Source of the DNA: Syntrophales bacterium
GTDB lineage: Bacteria > Desulfobacterota > Syntrophia > Syntrophales > UBA6807
Assembly (NCBI GenBank): GCA_040767195.1
Contig: JAXGPA010000001.1
Location: 224,001 to 288,000, forward strand
Direction: 5' to 3'
DNA length: 64,000 nucleotides
Under the pieces are notes generated by a model. It was given only the letters and a program-made list of their open reading frames with translations. It did not search any database and was not told the origin of the DNA. How positions within the stretch are numbered: position 1 is the first letter of the stretch; the number at the start of each line of letters is the position of its first letter. A program made the position numbers and the translations under genes. Positions 18,624 through 28,993 of the stretch are shown here, in pieces.

Positions 18624-20576
18624 ATGTCCCAAAAGAACAGCCTGCCCGGAGGGTACCTGGGACGGATTCTCGTCGTTCACCTGGACACCGGGAAAATCGA
18701 AGAGGAAACGCCTCCCGGCAGCCTCTACGAAAGCCACCTCTCCGGCCTGGGGCTGGCCGGCCGCCTGCTGTACGACCGCATCCCCGCCGGGGCCGACCCG
18801 CTCGGCCCCGAGAACGTCCTGGCCTTCGTTCCCGGTCTCCTGACGGGAACGGGTAGCCTCTTCACCGGCCGCTGGACCGTGGCGGGAAAATCCCCCCTCA
18901 CCGGGGGGTGGGGCGACGCCAACTGCGGGGGCAATTTCTCCCCGGCCATCAAGCAGTGCGGTTATGACGGGATCTTTTTCCACGGTCGAAGCGATCATCC
19001 CGTCTACCTTTCCGTGCAAGACGGAAAGGCGGAGCTTCGCGACGCCCGGGACCTGTGGGGCAAGGACACGGCGGAAACGGAGGAACACCTGGCCGGCTCC
19101 GGGAAAGGGAAAAAGCCCGTCATCGCCGCCATCGGACCGGCAGGGGAAAAACGGTCCCTCATTTCCGGCATCGCCAATGACGGCGGCCGGATGGCCGCCC
19201 GGTCGGGACTGGGGGCCGTCATGGGGGCCAAGAACCTGAAGGCCGTCGTTCTCTCCGGAAAGAGCCGCATCCCCGTCTTCGACCGGGATGCCGTGAGAAA
19301 ACTGAGCAAAGCCTGCAACCGCTGGGTCCAGCTTCAGCCGCCCCTCTTTCCCGGGTCCGTCATGGCCCTCGTGGGCACCCTCTTCCGTCTCCTCCCCGGC
19401 CAGATGGCCCAGGACGGCCTGCTCTACAAGAGCCTCCTCATGAAATGGGGCACGGTGAGCATGAACCAGGCCTCCGTCGAAATGGGCGACACGCCGGTGA
19501 AGAACTGGGCCGGGAACAGCACGGACTATCCCCTGTCGTCCTCCCGGTGGATCGACCCCGATCTCTTCCGGCGGACGGAAATCCGGAAATACCACTGTTA
19601 TTCCTGTCCCCTGGGATGCGGTGCCGTGTGCACCCTCACGGGAAAATTCAACCGGACCCACCGGCCGGAGTACGAAACCGTGGCCGCCTTCGGCCCACTC
19701 TGCCTGAACACGGACACGGACAGCATCTTGTACATCAACGAACTGCTCAACCGGGCCGGCATGGACACCATTTCCGCCGGCGCGACGGTCGCCTTCGCCA
19801 TGGAGTGTTACGAAAAAGGACTTCTCAAGAAATCGGACATGGACGGGATCGATCTCACCTGGGGAAACGCCGATGGCATCATCGCCCTTCTCTACAGGAT
19901 GATACGGCGGGAAGGGATCGGCGACGTGCTGGCCGACGGCGTCCGAAAAGCCGCCGAAAGAATCGGCGGCGGCGCCGGGGAACTGGCCATGCACGCCGGC
20001 GGCCAGGAACTCCCCATGCATGACGGCAGAAACGATCCCGGCTTCGCCCTTCACTACGCCGCCGATCCCGCCCCGGGCCGCCACACCGTCGGCTCTTACC
20101 TGTATTACGAGATGTTCCAGCTGTGGCGGAAACTCCCCTCCCTCCCCAGGCCGGCGAAAATGTATTCGAAAAACCTGAAATACGCCGCCGGCGAGGAAAA
20201 AGCGGTCATGGCGGCGGCCTGCGCCCGGCTCATGAACGTGGCCAACAGCGCGGGCATGTGCCTCTTCGGCCTTTTTCTCGGGGTCCACCGGGTTCCCCTT
20301 TTCGAGTGGCTCAACGCCGCGACGGGCTGGGAAAAAACGGCGGCGGACTACATGGAAGCAGGGACCCGGATTCAGACAGTAAAACAGCTCTTCAATATCC
20401 GCCAGGGCATAGACCCCCGGTCCGTCACCGCTCCCGATCGGACACTGGGCCGTCCGCCCCAGGAAAGAGGAGCCAACCGGAACCGTGAAATCGATGAAAA
20501 GACCCTGAAAAGAGAATACTGGAAGGCTTTCGGGTGGAACCCGGAAACGGGAATTCCTGAAAAGAAACCCCTTTAA
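18624..20576 (+). CDS. aldehyde:ferredoxin oxidoreductase family (W/Mo-pterin, 4Fe-4S)
   Basis: KSPLTGGWGDANCGG, IGPAGE, RSGLGAVMGAKNLKA, CYSCPLGC, PEYET, DTISAG. Confidence 0.95.
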   Translation: MSQKNSLPGGYLGRILVVHLDTGKIEEETPPGSLYESHLSGLGLAGRLLYDRIPAGADPLGPENVLAFVPGLLTGTGSLFTGRWTVAGKSPLTGGWGDANCGGNFSPAIKQCGYDGIFFHGRSDHPVYLSVQDGKAELRDARDLWGKDTAETEEHLAGSGKGKKPVIAAIGPAGEKRSLISGIANDGGRMAARSGLGAVMGAKNLKAVVLSGKSRIPVFDRDAVRKLSKACNRWVQLQPPLFPGSVMALVGTLFRLLPGQMAQDGLLYKSLLMKWGTVSMNQASVEMGDTPVKNWAGNSTDYPLSSSRWIDPDLFRRTEIRKYHCYSCPLGCGAVCTLTGKFNRTHRPEYETVAAFGPLCLNTDTDSILYINELLNRAGMDTISAGATVAFAMECYEKGLLKKSDMDGIDLTWGNADGIIALLYRMIRREGIGDVLADGVRKAAERIGGGAGELAMHAGGQELPMHDGRNDPGFALHYAADPAPGRHTVGSYLYYEMFQLWRKLPSLPRPAKMYSKNLKYAAGEEKAVMAAACARLMNVANSAGMCLFGLFLGVHRVPLFEWLNAATGWEKTAADYMEAGTRIQTVKQLFNIRQGIDPRSVTAPDRTLGRPPQERGANRNREIDEKTLKREYWKAFGWNPETGIPEKKPL

Positions 20577-20878
20577 ATATCCAGCCATGACTTCTAACCG
20601 GACAGGCTGAAAAAAAGCCTCTACCATGGGCCGCGGCTATATGCCGCCAAGGGCGCAGCCGTTTTTCCCTATTATTTTGTGAAAACCCTTGCTTACGGAA
20701 TATTTCCATGTTATAGATTATTACAAGCTTTTATTTGTCCGGAAATATCACAGAGCCTCACCCGATCATCGGGGCCGGTTTTCCATCTTTTATTCCGGTG
20801 ACTTGTCGATCTTTCCGGGGAGTCCGGGCTGAAAAAATAAACTGGTTACCCTGAAAAGAAACCCACGGGGGAAGTGCC

Positions 20879-21547
20879 ATGACGCGAGAAAAAAGAAAAA
20901 CGTTCCCGATGCTTCCGGCGGTTCACTGGTGGTCTCTGCGGAAAAAATTTCAGCGGGAGATCCCCAACGCCGTGACGGATCTATACCTTTCAAAACTGCT
21001 GAAGACAAAACCGGAATCGGTGAAGGTGAATGTCCTTCCCTATCTGAAGGCCATCGGTTTCATCGACGAGCAGGGACTTGTGCAGGACCGGGTGCAGGCC
21101 TGGATCGACAACGACCGCTACGGGGAAGTCTGCACCGTTATCATGGAAGACCTGTACCCCGAAGACTTGAGGAACGCCGTTGCCGACCCGCGGGGAAACA
21201 GGGCGGCCATCGAGGCCTGGTTCAGGGAAAAAACCGGGGCGGGCTCGAGCGCGGTGAAAAGAATGGCTTCTTTTTACTCCCTTCTGGCGGAAGCCGATCC
21301 CTCCAAGGGTAAGAAAGGACGTACCGGCAAGGCCGGTGCCTCTCGAAAGACCAGGCCGCCCCGTCCGAAACCCGTTAAAAAGGAAAAAGCCGCCAAACCG
21401 AAAAAGGCCCCCCGGCCCCCCTCACCGGAACTGGTTCCCGTCAATGTAAACATCCAGGTTCACATACCGTCCAACGCGTCGAAGGAACAGATCCAGGAAA
21501 TCTTCAGGAATATGAACAAATATTTCCATGGAAAATTAAAGCCCTAA
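20879..21547 (+). CDS. DUF5343-like protein with Lys/Pro/Ala-rich linker
   Basis: VLPYLKAIGFIDEQG, KRMASFYSLL, C-terminal VNVNIQVHIP; family recognised from memory. Confidence 0.7.
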   Translation: MTREKRKTFPMLPAVHWWSLRKKFQREIPNAVTDLYLSKLLKTKPESVKVNVLPYLKAIGFIDEQGLVQDRVQAWIDNDRYGEVCTVIMEDLYPEDLRNAVADPRGNRAAIEAWFREKTGAGSSAVKRMASFYSLLAEADPSKGKKGRTGKAGASRKTRPPRPKPVKKEKAAKPKKAPRPPSPELVPVNVNIQVHIPSNASKEQIQEIFRNMNKYFHGKLKP

Positions 21548-21603
21548 AAAACCAACCCGGCGGTGCCGGGAACGACGGGAAGACCCCGGTTCTCCTGCCA
21601 AAG

Positions 21604-21634
21604 AAAACGGCGATGGTGACACCATCGCCGTTTT
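21604..21634. terminator. bidirectional intrinsic terminator
   Basis: Perfect inverted repeat AAAACGGCGATGGTG-A-CACCATCGCCGTTTT between convergent genes. Confidence 0.8.
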
Positions 21635-21721
21635 TCGTCAATTAAACAGGTTGACCGGTCACAGGGAAACGGCCCGGCAGGGCCGGTGGTGACGGCGACA
21701 AGGCGTATGCGAGGAATTCCG

Positions 21722-22828
21722 TCACGGCCCACCGGGGGATTTCTTCGAAATCAGGAGGATCTCTCCGAGATCGAGAATGTGGAACCTCTTTTTGTCCAGG
21801 TTTCTCTCCGAAAGAACCCTTTGAAGTTCCAGGGCGGAAAACCCGGGCGGTTCGTCGCCGAGCCGGAATGTCCCCCACTGGGTCGGTATGAAATGGTCGG
21901 CCTTCAGATCGGAGAAGGCGTCGAGGGCCTCCTCGACATTGACGTGGGCATAGTGCATGAACCAGCGGGGATGATAGGCCGTCGTCGGCAGAAGGGCGTA
22001 GTCGATACCGGGAAATCGTTTCCCGATTTCCCGGTATCCCATGAAATAACCGCTGTCGGCCCCGTAATAGATCGTCACATCCGGTGTGACGATGAGAAAA
22101 CTCGCCCACAGGGTCCGGTTCGTGCCCTCGGTGACCCGGCGAGACCAGTGCTGGGCGGGAAGACAGATGACGGTGGTGCCGTTTCCGCCGTCCAGGGACT
22201 GCCACCAGTCCATTTCATGAACCACCGGTTTGTTTCCCAGATCCCCGATGGACGCTCCGAGGCCCCGGGAAACGTAATACCGCGTCCCTGCGGGCATGGC
22301 CTCGAGGCTCTTCATGTCCATGTGGTCGTAGTGGTTGTGGGAAAGGATCACGTTCACCCTGGGGACCTTTTCCCTGAATTCCTCCAGGGTCATCGCCGGC
22401 GGCGTGAACCGTTTCGGAAGAAGGGCCCGCTCGGAGAACATGGGGTCGGTAATCCAGTATTCTCCGCCGAGACGGATCAGAAAGGTCCCGTGGCCGATCC
22501 AGACGATGAAATCGGTGTCGCCGGGGAGGCTCCCGATCCGTGCCGGGAGATCGGGGATCACCGGGGGAAGATGCCCTTCCTCCGCCGGCGTGTAGGAGCT
22601 CTTTTCCGTGAGGCGCCATCTCAGCAAGGTCAGAAGGCTCTTTTCTTCCATGGGCATCCAGGGGTTGAAATAGCGGCCGTCCCGGAAGTGGGGGGCATAG
22701 AGGAGAGCGGGGTCGGTCCTGTGCACCTTTTCCCGCCAAAGGTCATCGTCGAAGGGAGGGGGTTTCCACAGGCACGAATACAAAAAAAGAGCCGAAAGGA
22801 GAGCAAAGCCGATCCGCATCTTCTTCAT
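21722..22828 (-). CDS. MBL-fold metallo-hydrolase (NAPE-PLD/RomA-like), probable lipoprotein
   Basis: WIGHGT, TDPMFSER, SHNHYDHMD, PAQHWSRR, QWGTFRL; N-terminal hydrophobic stretch ending LYSC. Confidence 0.88.
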   Translation of the reverse strand: MKKMRIGFALLSALFLYSCLWKPPPFDDDLWREKVHRTDPALLYAPHFRDGRYFNPWMPMEEKSLLTLLRWRLTEKSSYTPAEEGHLPPVIPDLPARIGSLPGDTDFIVWIGHGTFLIRLGGEYWITDPMFSERALLPKRFTPPAMTLEEFREKVPRVNVILSHNHYDHMDMKSLEAMPAGTRYYVSRGLGASIGDLGNKPVVHEMDWWQSLDGGNGTTVICLPAQHWSRRVTEGTNRTLWASFLIVTPDVTIYYGADSGYFMGYREIGKRFPGIDYALLPTTAYHPRWFMHYAHVNVEEALDAFSDLKADHFIPTQWGTFRLGDEPPGFSALELQRVLSERNLDKKRFHILDLGEILLISKKSPGGP

Positions 22829-23118
22829 TCAATGATGTCCTTGTCTTTCTCGTTTTTTTTCCGGCTTTCCTGTCCTTTCCGGACCCCGTGACCCCTGCCG
22901 GTTCATGGCCTTTTCTTATCAGTATAAACATGAAAAAGGAAAGGTAAAGGACACCCGGCGGCTGTCGCCCCGGCATTCCCGTATTGACGGATTTTGAAAG
23001 GTATGCCAGATAGAGAACGTCGACGGTTGGAAAAACCGGGTTGCGTGGCGGAAGACCATGGGCCGAAACGAGAAAACCGGACCCCGCCGTATCGACAGAA
23101 ACGGGCTGAAACCCTTTC

Positions 23119-24846
23119 ATGACCTTCAAAGAACCGGGGAGCTCCGTGAAGTTTTATCCGGCTGTTCTCAGCACTTTCCTCAGCATCGCCAACACAAAGC
23201 GCAACCTCCGGCTCATCTTCAGGTTTGTCGCCGCCCTCGTCGTCATTGTTTTCCTGTACAGCACCCTGTTTCATTTTCTCATGGCCCTGGAAGGCCAGGA
23301 CCACTCCTGGCTCACAGGGTTTTACTGGACCCTCACGGTGATGACCACCCTGGGTTTCGGCGACATCACCTTTCAGTCAGACCTGGGCCGCGCCTTTTCC
23401 ATCGTCGTGATGCTCACGGGGGTGATTTTTCTCCTGACCCTTCTGCCCTTCATCATCATCCGCTTTTTCTATGCCTCCTGGGTCGAGGCCGACGCGAGAC
23501 ACCGGGCGCCCAGGGAACTGCCTCCGGAAACGAAAGACCACGTCATCATCACGCACAACGACCCGGTCACCCTGGCACTCATCGAAAAACTGAAGGATTA
23601 CGGACAGGAATACGTCCTGATCGTGGAGGACATACGGCAGGCGCTGGAACTCCATGACGGGGGCCTTCGCGTCGCTGTGGGGAGCATCGACGACCCGGAA
23701 ACCTACCGGAAGATGCGGGTCGAGGGGGCGTCCCTCGTGGTGGCCACCAACGGCGACGAAATCAACACCAACATCGCCTTCACCGTTCGGGAGCTGACGG
23801 GGACCGTGCCGATCCTGACCACCGCCGATTCCCCCTTTTCCGAGGATATCCTGCAGATGGCCGGGAGCAGCAGGGTCCTTCAGATCTATGATGTCCTGGG
23901 AAGTTCCCTGGCGACGTGGACCGTCGGAGGGGACTGCCGCGCCAATATCATCATCCGATTCGACGAACTCATCATCGCCGAGTTCCCCGCCATGGGAACG
24001 CCGCTGGTGGGGCAGACGCTCTCCGAAAGCCGCCTGCGGGAAAATATCGGCGTGACTGTCGTCGGTATCTGGCAACGGGGCCGTTTCGAAAGCCCTACAG
24101 CCGACAGCCGGATCGATCATAACACGGTCCTGGTGCTGGCCGGCTCGGAGGACAACATGGCCGCCTTCAACGAGGTGTATTCCTTTTACCATATCTGCCA
24201 GCTCACGGCGAACCCGGTCCTCATCATCGGCGCAGGAAGGGTGGGACACACCATCGCCGAGCGTTTCCGGGAACGGGAGATGCCCTATCTCATCATCGAC
24301 AAGAACCCCCGGCGGATCCAGGAAGACGAGAAGCATTACATCGTCGGGGACGCCGCGGACATCCGCACCCTCCAGAGGGCCTGGATAGAAAAAGCCCCGG
24401 CGGCACTCGTCACCACCCACAGCGACGACACCAACATCTACCTGACCAAGTATCTTCGAAGCCTGCGTCCGGACCTTCAGATCTTGAGCCGGGCCAACCT
24501 GGACCGCAACGTTTCGACCCTTCACCGGGCCGGCGCGGATTTCGTCATGTCCTACGCCACGCTGGGGGCGAACGCCATCTTGAATTTTCTCAGGAAAGAA
24601 GGGACCCTCATGATTGCCGAGGGTCTCAACATCTTTCACCTTCAGGCCCCGGAGGCCCTGGTCGGCAAGACGCTGGCCCAGTCCAGGATCCGGGAAGAGA
24701 CCGGCTGTTCCGTCGTCGCCATCCGGAGATCGGGACAACTGGGCATCACGCCGGACCCGCAGGTTCCCATACGGAAAGATGACGAACTGATTCTCATCGG
24801 CTCCGTGGAGGGCGAAAAGAACTTCCTGCACTGGGGTAGGAAATGA
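23119..24846 (+). CDS. potassium channel with tandem RCK (TrkA-N/TrkA-C) domains
   Basis: Pore motif FYWTLTVMTTLGFGD between two TM helices; IIGAGRVG; two TrkA-C-like segments. Confidence 0.9.
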   Translation: MTFKEPGSSVKFYPAVLSTFLSIANTKRNLRLIFRFVAALVVIVFLYSTLFHFLMALEGQDHSWLTGFYWTLTVMTTLGFGDITFQSDLGRAFSIVVMLTGVIFLLTLLPFIIIRFFYASWVEADARHRAPRELPPETKDHVIITHNDPVTLALIEKLKDYGQEYVLIVEDIRQALELHDGGLRVAVGSIDDPETYRKMRVEGASLVVATNGDEINTNIAFTVRELTGTVPILTTADSPFSEDILQMAGSSRVLQIYDVLGSSLATWTVGGDCRANIIIRFDELIIAEFPAMGTPLVGQTLSESRLRENIGVTVVGIWQRGRFESPTADSRIDHNTVLVLAGSEDNMAAFNEVYSFYHICQLTANPVLIIGAGRVGHTIAERFREREMPYLIIDKNPRRIQEDEKHYIVGDAADIRTLQRAWIEKAPAALVTTHSDDTNIYLTKYLRSLRPDLQILSRANLDRNVSTLHRAGADFVMSYATLGANAILNFLRKEGTLMIAEGLNIFHLQAPEALVGKTLAQSRIREETGCSVVAIRRSGQLGITPDPQVPIRKDDELILIGSVEGEKNFLHWGRK

Positions 24847-24925
24847 CCTTCCCGGGGCTTGCCGGACCCTGAAAAAAACCGGGGGGTACGGCGAAAAGTC
24901 TCTCCCGGGGGCCCAGACCGTCGAA

Positions 24926-24972
24926 GAAATCAAAAAAGGGGTCACGGCATTACCCGTAACCCCTTGATTTTC
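24926..24972. terminator. intrinsic terminator downstream of tRNA-Val (likely bidirectional)
   Basis: Minus strand AAGGGGTTACGG...CCGTGACCCCTTTTTT. Confidence 0.7.
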
Positions 24973-24973
24973 A

Positions 24974-25048
24974 TGGTAGGCGGTACTGGATTTGAACCAG
25001 TGACTTCTACCGTGTGAAGGTAGCACTCTCCCGCTGAGTTAACCGCCC
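24974..25048 (-). tRNA. tRNA-Val(CAC)
   Basis: GGGCGGTTAACTCAGCGGGAGAGTGCTACCTTCACACGGTAGAAGTCACTGGTTCAAATCCAGTACCGCCTACCA; cloverleaf with encoded CCA. Confidence 0.96.
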
Positions 25049-25335
25049 GTTGCGTGGTAGATGTTTATACCGTAAAGAACCCCCTTTTTCAAGCCAAAAA
25101 AACAATGGGGAGAAACGAAAGAAGCGGCCCTTCATTTTTCCTTTTCTTTTTGATATCTTTAAATAAGAATGTGCTTTCTGGAACCTGACGCCGCGCCGTT
25201 CCGGCGGCGAACTCACTGTGGTCCGCCGGTGGAATCGGTCCGGACGATGGCGGCGTTCCCGGGAAACGGAACAACCAGGCGAACGGCGGCTGTCGCCGAC
25301 ACGAAAAGATTATCTTCCATTCAGGAGGTGGGCCG

Positions 25336-25563
25336 ATGAAAAAGTTCGAATACGAGATCACCCTTCATCCCCTGGAACAGTTCAAGAAAGTCGCTTTTTT
25401 CTGCACCCAGGAGGGGGCGTGCAGTCTCGAGGAACTGCCGTCCGATCAGATCAGCCTTCTGAAAGAACTCCTCAACCGGCGGGGAGAGGAGAGCTGGGAA
25501 CTTGTCGACATGGCCTTCGGCAAGGACGGTCTTTTGGCTTTCTGGAAAAAGGAAAAGTTATGA
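25336..25563 (+). CDS. small hypothetical protein (DUF4177-like)
   Basis: AGGAGG RBS; KKFEYEI...LNRRGEESWELV pattern. Confidence 0.7.
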   Translation: MKKFEYEITLHPLEQFKKVAFFCTQEGACSLEELPSDQISLLKELLNRRGEESWELVDMAFGKDGLLAFWKKEKL

Positions 25564-25582
25564 GAAAAAGAGGAACGGCGCC

Positions 25583-25783
25583 ATGAGAAAAACAATCCGC
25601 ATCCGGGGCATGTCCTGCCGTCACTGCGTCATGGCCGTTACCGAAGCCCTGGAGGATATGGAGGGCGTGGAAAACGTCACGGTGAACCTCGAAAAGGGGG
25701 AAGCTTCCTTCGACGAAACCCGCCCCGTGGACCGGGATATCCTCCGGCAGCGCATCGAGGACGCGGGATACGAGCTTGATTAA
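25583..25783 (+). CDS. copZ: copper chaperone (HMA domain)
   Basis: [10 protein letters not shown]...IEDAGYE; 66 aa; overlaps copA start. Confidence 0.9.
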   Translation: MRKTIRIRGMSCRHCVMAVTEALEDMEGVENVTVNLEKGEASFDETRPVDRDILRQRIEDAGYELD

Positions 25784-28274
25784 AAAAACCTTTCACATCC
25801 AGGGCATGACCTGCGCCGCCTGTGTCTCCCGGATTGAACGGGCTCTGGCGGCGATGGAAGGTGTCCAGAAGGTTTCCGTGAACCTGGCCTCGCACAGGGG
25901 AACGATCACCTACGACGAGAAAAAAATTGATTTTCCCGCCATCCGGGAGATGGTCCGGAAAACAGGTTACGAAGCCGTCGAAACAGCACCGGGCTCCCGC
26001 GGACAATCCGGAAAAACCCTGATTTCCATCGGCGGCATGACCTGCGCCGCCTGTGTCCGCCGGGTGGAAAAGGCCCTGAAAGCCCTGCCCGGCGTTGATG
26101 ACGCCCTGGTGAACCTGGCAACGGCCCGGGCCACCCTGCTCCACGGGGCGGATCCCCCCGATCCCGGTCTCGTGGAAAAAACGGTCCGGGACGCGGGGTA
26201 TGACTACCTGGGCGTCGTCCACGGAAAGAGGGAAGACCCCGTCGAGACGCTTCGCCAGGAAGAGCTCCGGGACTTGAAACGAAAAGTCGCCGCCGGGGCC
26301 CTTCTCAGCGTCCTCATCTTCATGGGCTCCATGCAGCACTGGTTCCCCTTTCTCGCCGCCGTGCCCCGCCCGTCCATGCTGGTTCTCCTCCTCGTTCTTT
26401 CCACGCCGGCCGTCTTCTGGGTGGGAAGCCGGTTCTATTCCGGCGCCCTCAGGGCCCTGGCCGGAAAGACGTCGGACATGAACACCCTTGTCGCCCTGGG
26501 GTCCTTTTCCGCATACCTGTACTCCGCCGCCGCCACCCTGAACCCCGGGTTCTTCGAAAAGGCAGGGATCACGCCCCACGTATACTACGACGGGGCCGCC
26601 ATGATCGTGACCCTGGTCCTTCTCGGCCGTCTTCTCGAAGCCGGCGCCCGGGGAAAAACGTCCCAGGCCGTGCGGAAACTCGTGAACCTTCGCCCCCTGT
26701 CGGCCCGCGTGATCCGGGATGGGGTGGAACGGGACATCCCGGTGGAAGCGGTGTCTCCCGGGGATGTCATCCGGGTACGCCCGGGGGAGAAAATCCCCAC
26801 CGATGGAACGGTCCTCGAGGGGGTGTCCTATGTGGACGAATCCATGCTCACCGGCGAAAGCGTCCCCGTGACGAAAAAAAAGGAAGACCCCCTCTTTGCC
26901 GGGACGGTGAACGGAAACGGCAGCCTTCTTTTTCGCGCGGACCGGGTGGGCGCCGACACGACCCTCGCCCGGATCATCGGGATGGTGGAAGAAGCCCAGG
27001 GTTCCAAGGCCCCGATCCAGCGATTCGCCGACCGGGTTGCGGCGGTCTTTGTCCCCGCCGTTCTGACGGCGGCGGTTTTCACTTTCATCGTCTGGAATTT
27101 TCTCGTTCCCCACCCCGATTTCACCCGGGCCCTGCTCAATTTCGTCTCCGTCCTCATCATCGCCTGCCCCTGCGCCATGGGCCTGGCCACGCCCACCGCC
27201 GTGATGGTCGGAATCGGACTCGGGGCTGAAAGGGGCATCCTCATCAAGGGAGGCGAGGTCCTGGAAAAGGCCCGCAAACTCGACACGGTTCTCTTCGACA
27301 AGACGGGCACGCTGACGGAAGGGGCCCTCACGGTGACGGACGTCGTTCCGGCCCCTGGCATCGAACGCCTTTCCCTTCTCGAGAGCGCCGTCTCCCTGGA
27401 GGCCCTGTCGGAACACCCCATCGCCCAGGCCGTCGTCCGGGAAGGGGCTTCCCTGGGCGTCAAGCCGGGGAAAGTGGCTGAATTCGAAGCCGACCCGGGT
27501 CTCGGCGCCCGCGGGAAGCTGGGAAGCGGGACCGTCCTTGCGGGAAACGGGGCCTACATGGCCGCCCGGGGAGTTATCCTGGAGACGATTGAAAAACAGG
27601 CGAAACCACATGTTCGGGAAGGTAAAACGGTCATCTTCATCGCACGGAACGGAAAACCGGAAGGGCTCATCGCCCTTGCGGACCTGGCCCGGGACTCGGC
27701 CCGGCCCGCCCTCGGGCGGCTCCGAAAAATGGGACTCGCCCTTGTCATGATAACCGGCGACAGCCGGCAAACAGCGGGGGCCGTCGGCGAAAACCTGGGC
27801 ATGGACCGCGTCCTCGCCGAGGTCCTCCCCCGGAACAAGGCCGACGAGGTCCTGCGCTTGCAGAAAGAAGGAAGGACCGTGGCCATGGTGGGGGACGGCA
27901 TCAACGACGCCCCCGCCCTGGCGGCAGCCGACCTCGGGATCGCCGTCGGGTCGGGCACCGATGTGGCCATCGAGACGGGGGACGTGGTCCTCATGCGAAG
28001 CGACCTGACCCTGGTCCCTGACGCGATCACCCTTTCCGCCCTCACCCTCCGGGTCATCAGGCAAAATCTCTTCTGGGCCTTTTTTTACAACACCCTGGGC
28101 ATTCCCGTCGCCGCCGGGGCCCTTTACCCTTTTTTCGGCCTTTTTCTCAACCCCATGTTCGCCGCCGGGGCCATGGCCCTGAGTTCCGTTTCCGTGGTGG
28201 GAAATTCGCTCCGTCTCCGGAGACTCTGGCGGCGAAGCCTTCAGTCTTTTCCAGGAGAGAAAGGGGTCCCATGA
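25776..28274 (+). CDS. copA: Cu(I)-translocating P1B-type ATPase
   Basis: Two GMTCAAC domains, TGES, CPC, DKTGT, SEHP, GDGIND, YN...MALSS. Confidence 0.96.
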   Translation: MIKKTFHIQGMTCAACVSRIERALAAMEGVQKVSVNLASHRGTITYDEKKIDFPAIREMVRKTGYEAVETAPGSRGQSGKTLISIGGMTCAACVRRVEKALKALPGVDDALVNLATARATLLHGADPPDPGLVEKTVRDAGYDYLGVVHGKREDPVETLRQEELRDLKRKVAAGALLSVLIFMGSMQHWFPFLAAVPRPSMLVLLLVLSTPAVFWVGSRFYSGALRALAGKTSDMNTLVALGSFSAYLYSAAATLNPGFFEKAGITPHVYYDGAAMIVTLVLLGRLLEAGARGKTSQAVRKLVNLRPLSARVIRDGVERDIPVEAVSPGDVIRVRPGEKIPTDGTVLEGVSYVDESMLTGESVPVTKKKEDPLFAGTVNGNGSLLFRADRVGADTTLARIIGMVEEAQGSKAPIQRFADRVAAVFVPAVLTAAVFTFIVWNFLVPHPDFTRALLNFVSVLIIACPCAMGLATPTAVMVGIGLGAERGILIKGGEVLEKARKLDTVLFDKTGTLTEGALTVTDVVPAPGIERLSLLESAVSLEALSEHPIAQAVVREGASLGVKPGKVAEFEADPGLGARGKLGSGTVLAGNGAYMAARGVILETIEKQAKPHVREGKTVIFIARNGKPEGLIALADLARDSARPALGRLRKMGLALVMITGDSRQTAGAVGENLGMDRVLAEVLPRNKADEVLRLQKEGRTVAMVGDGINDAPALAAADLGIAVGSGTDVAIETGDVVLMRSDLTLVPDAITLSALTLRVIRQNLFWAFFYNTLGIPVAAGALYPFFGLFLNPMFAAGAMALSSVSVVGNSLRLRRLWRRSLQSFPGEKGVP

Positions 28275-28384
28275 CTTTTGAATCCCGGCGTGATTCCCGG
28301 CACGGCCTGAAGAAACGCCTGTCAGGCTCTCCGGACCGGCTTTGAAACGGCGACGGCAGGCGTTACTCACCCGCTCCGACAGCA

Positions 28385-28430
28385 CCGCGATCATCCCCGC
28401 AATCAACAATCTCCGCGATCACCGCGATCA
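28385..28430. repeat. four direct repeats of CCGCRATCA
   Basis: Copies at 28385, 28397, 28413 and 28422, immediately upstream of a -35 box. Confidence 0.7.
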
Positions 28431-28434
28431 CCGA

Positions 28435-28463
28435 TTGACAGGATGAGGAGAGGAAATTATAAT
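28435..28463 (+). promoter_or_regulatory. perfect consensus sigma70 promoter TTGACA-N17-TATAAT
   Basis: TTGACA 28435-28440, TATAAT 28458-28463. Confidence 0.9.
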
Positions 28464-28605
28464 AAAAGCGAAAGAGTCGCCACAGGAATCGGAACGGGTG
28501 TTCCTGCAGGGGGAACGCCGGTGGCGGCTTCGGGACCCTTACCGGGCAGGAGGCGGCAAGGGTCTGCGAAGGGTGAATCCACTCCAGGGAAAGGAGGGAA
28601 AGACC

Positions 28606-28899
28606 ATGAAAGCGGGTGTTGTTTTTACCGGAACCGGTCCCATTCTCATCCTCACGTCCTACGATTCACTGACCGACGCGGCATTCGTCGAGAAGATGGC
28701 CATGAAGGGAATCAAGAAGTTCATTGCCTACGAGATTCCCGTGGAAAAGGTCAAGGGCAGGTACAGGGCTCAGTTCGACATCATTCTCGGCGACCTCAAC
28801 CAGACGGACGACCTTCGGGTCCTTGACTACAACGGTCACAACATCTTCTATAATTTCAACTTTTCGGAACTGGGAGAGCCCATTCTCTATGAGCCCTGA
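28606..28899 (+). CDS. hypothetical protein (97 aa)
   Basis: ATG at 28606 after AAGGAGG; has its own promoter and terminator. Confidence 0.8.
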   Translation: MKAGVVFTGTGPILILTSYDSLTDAAFVEKMAMKGIKKFIAYEIPVEKVKGRYRAQFDIILGDLNQTDDLRVLDYNGHNIFYNFNFSELGEPILYEP

Positions 28900-28946
28900 C
28901 GGGCGGGAGGTTCGTCGAACCCCTTGTGACAGCGGATTTTAAAGCC

Positions 28947-28993
28947 CTGAGAAAAAAAGGCCCGTGCCGTCGGCACGGGCCTTTTTTTCTCAG
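28947..28993. terminator. bidirectional intrinsic terminator
   Basis: Perfect 23-bp inverted repeat with A7/T7 tracts between convergent genes. Confidence 0.88.

Noticed and set aside
25175..25270. Possible structured RNA upstream of the cop genes
   Set aside because: Only short GC-rich stems, compatible with chance; no match to riboswitch motifs I know
28470..28600. c-di-AMP (ydaO) riboswitch-like fragments GGGGGAAC and GGGTGAATCC
   Set aside because: The conserved 3' half (CCCGAA..CAGCTAAC) is absent before the start codon; kept only as an unknown structured leader
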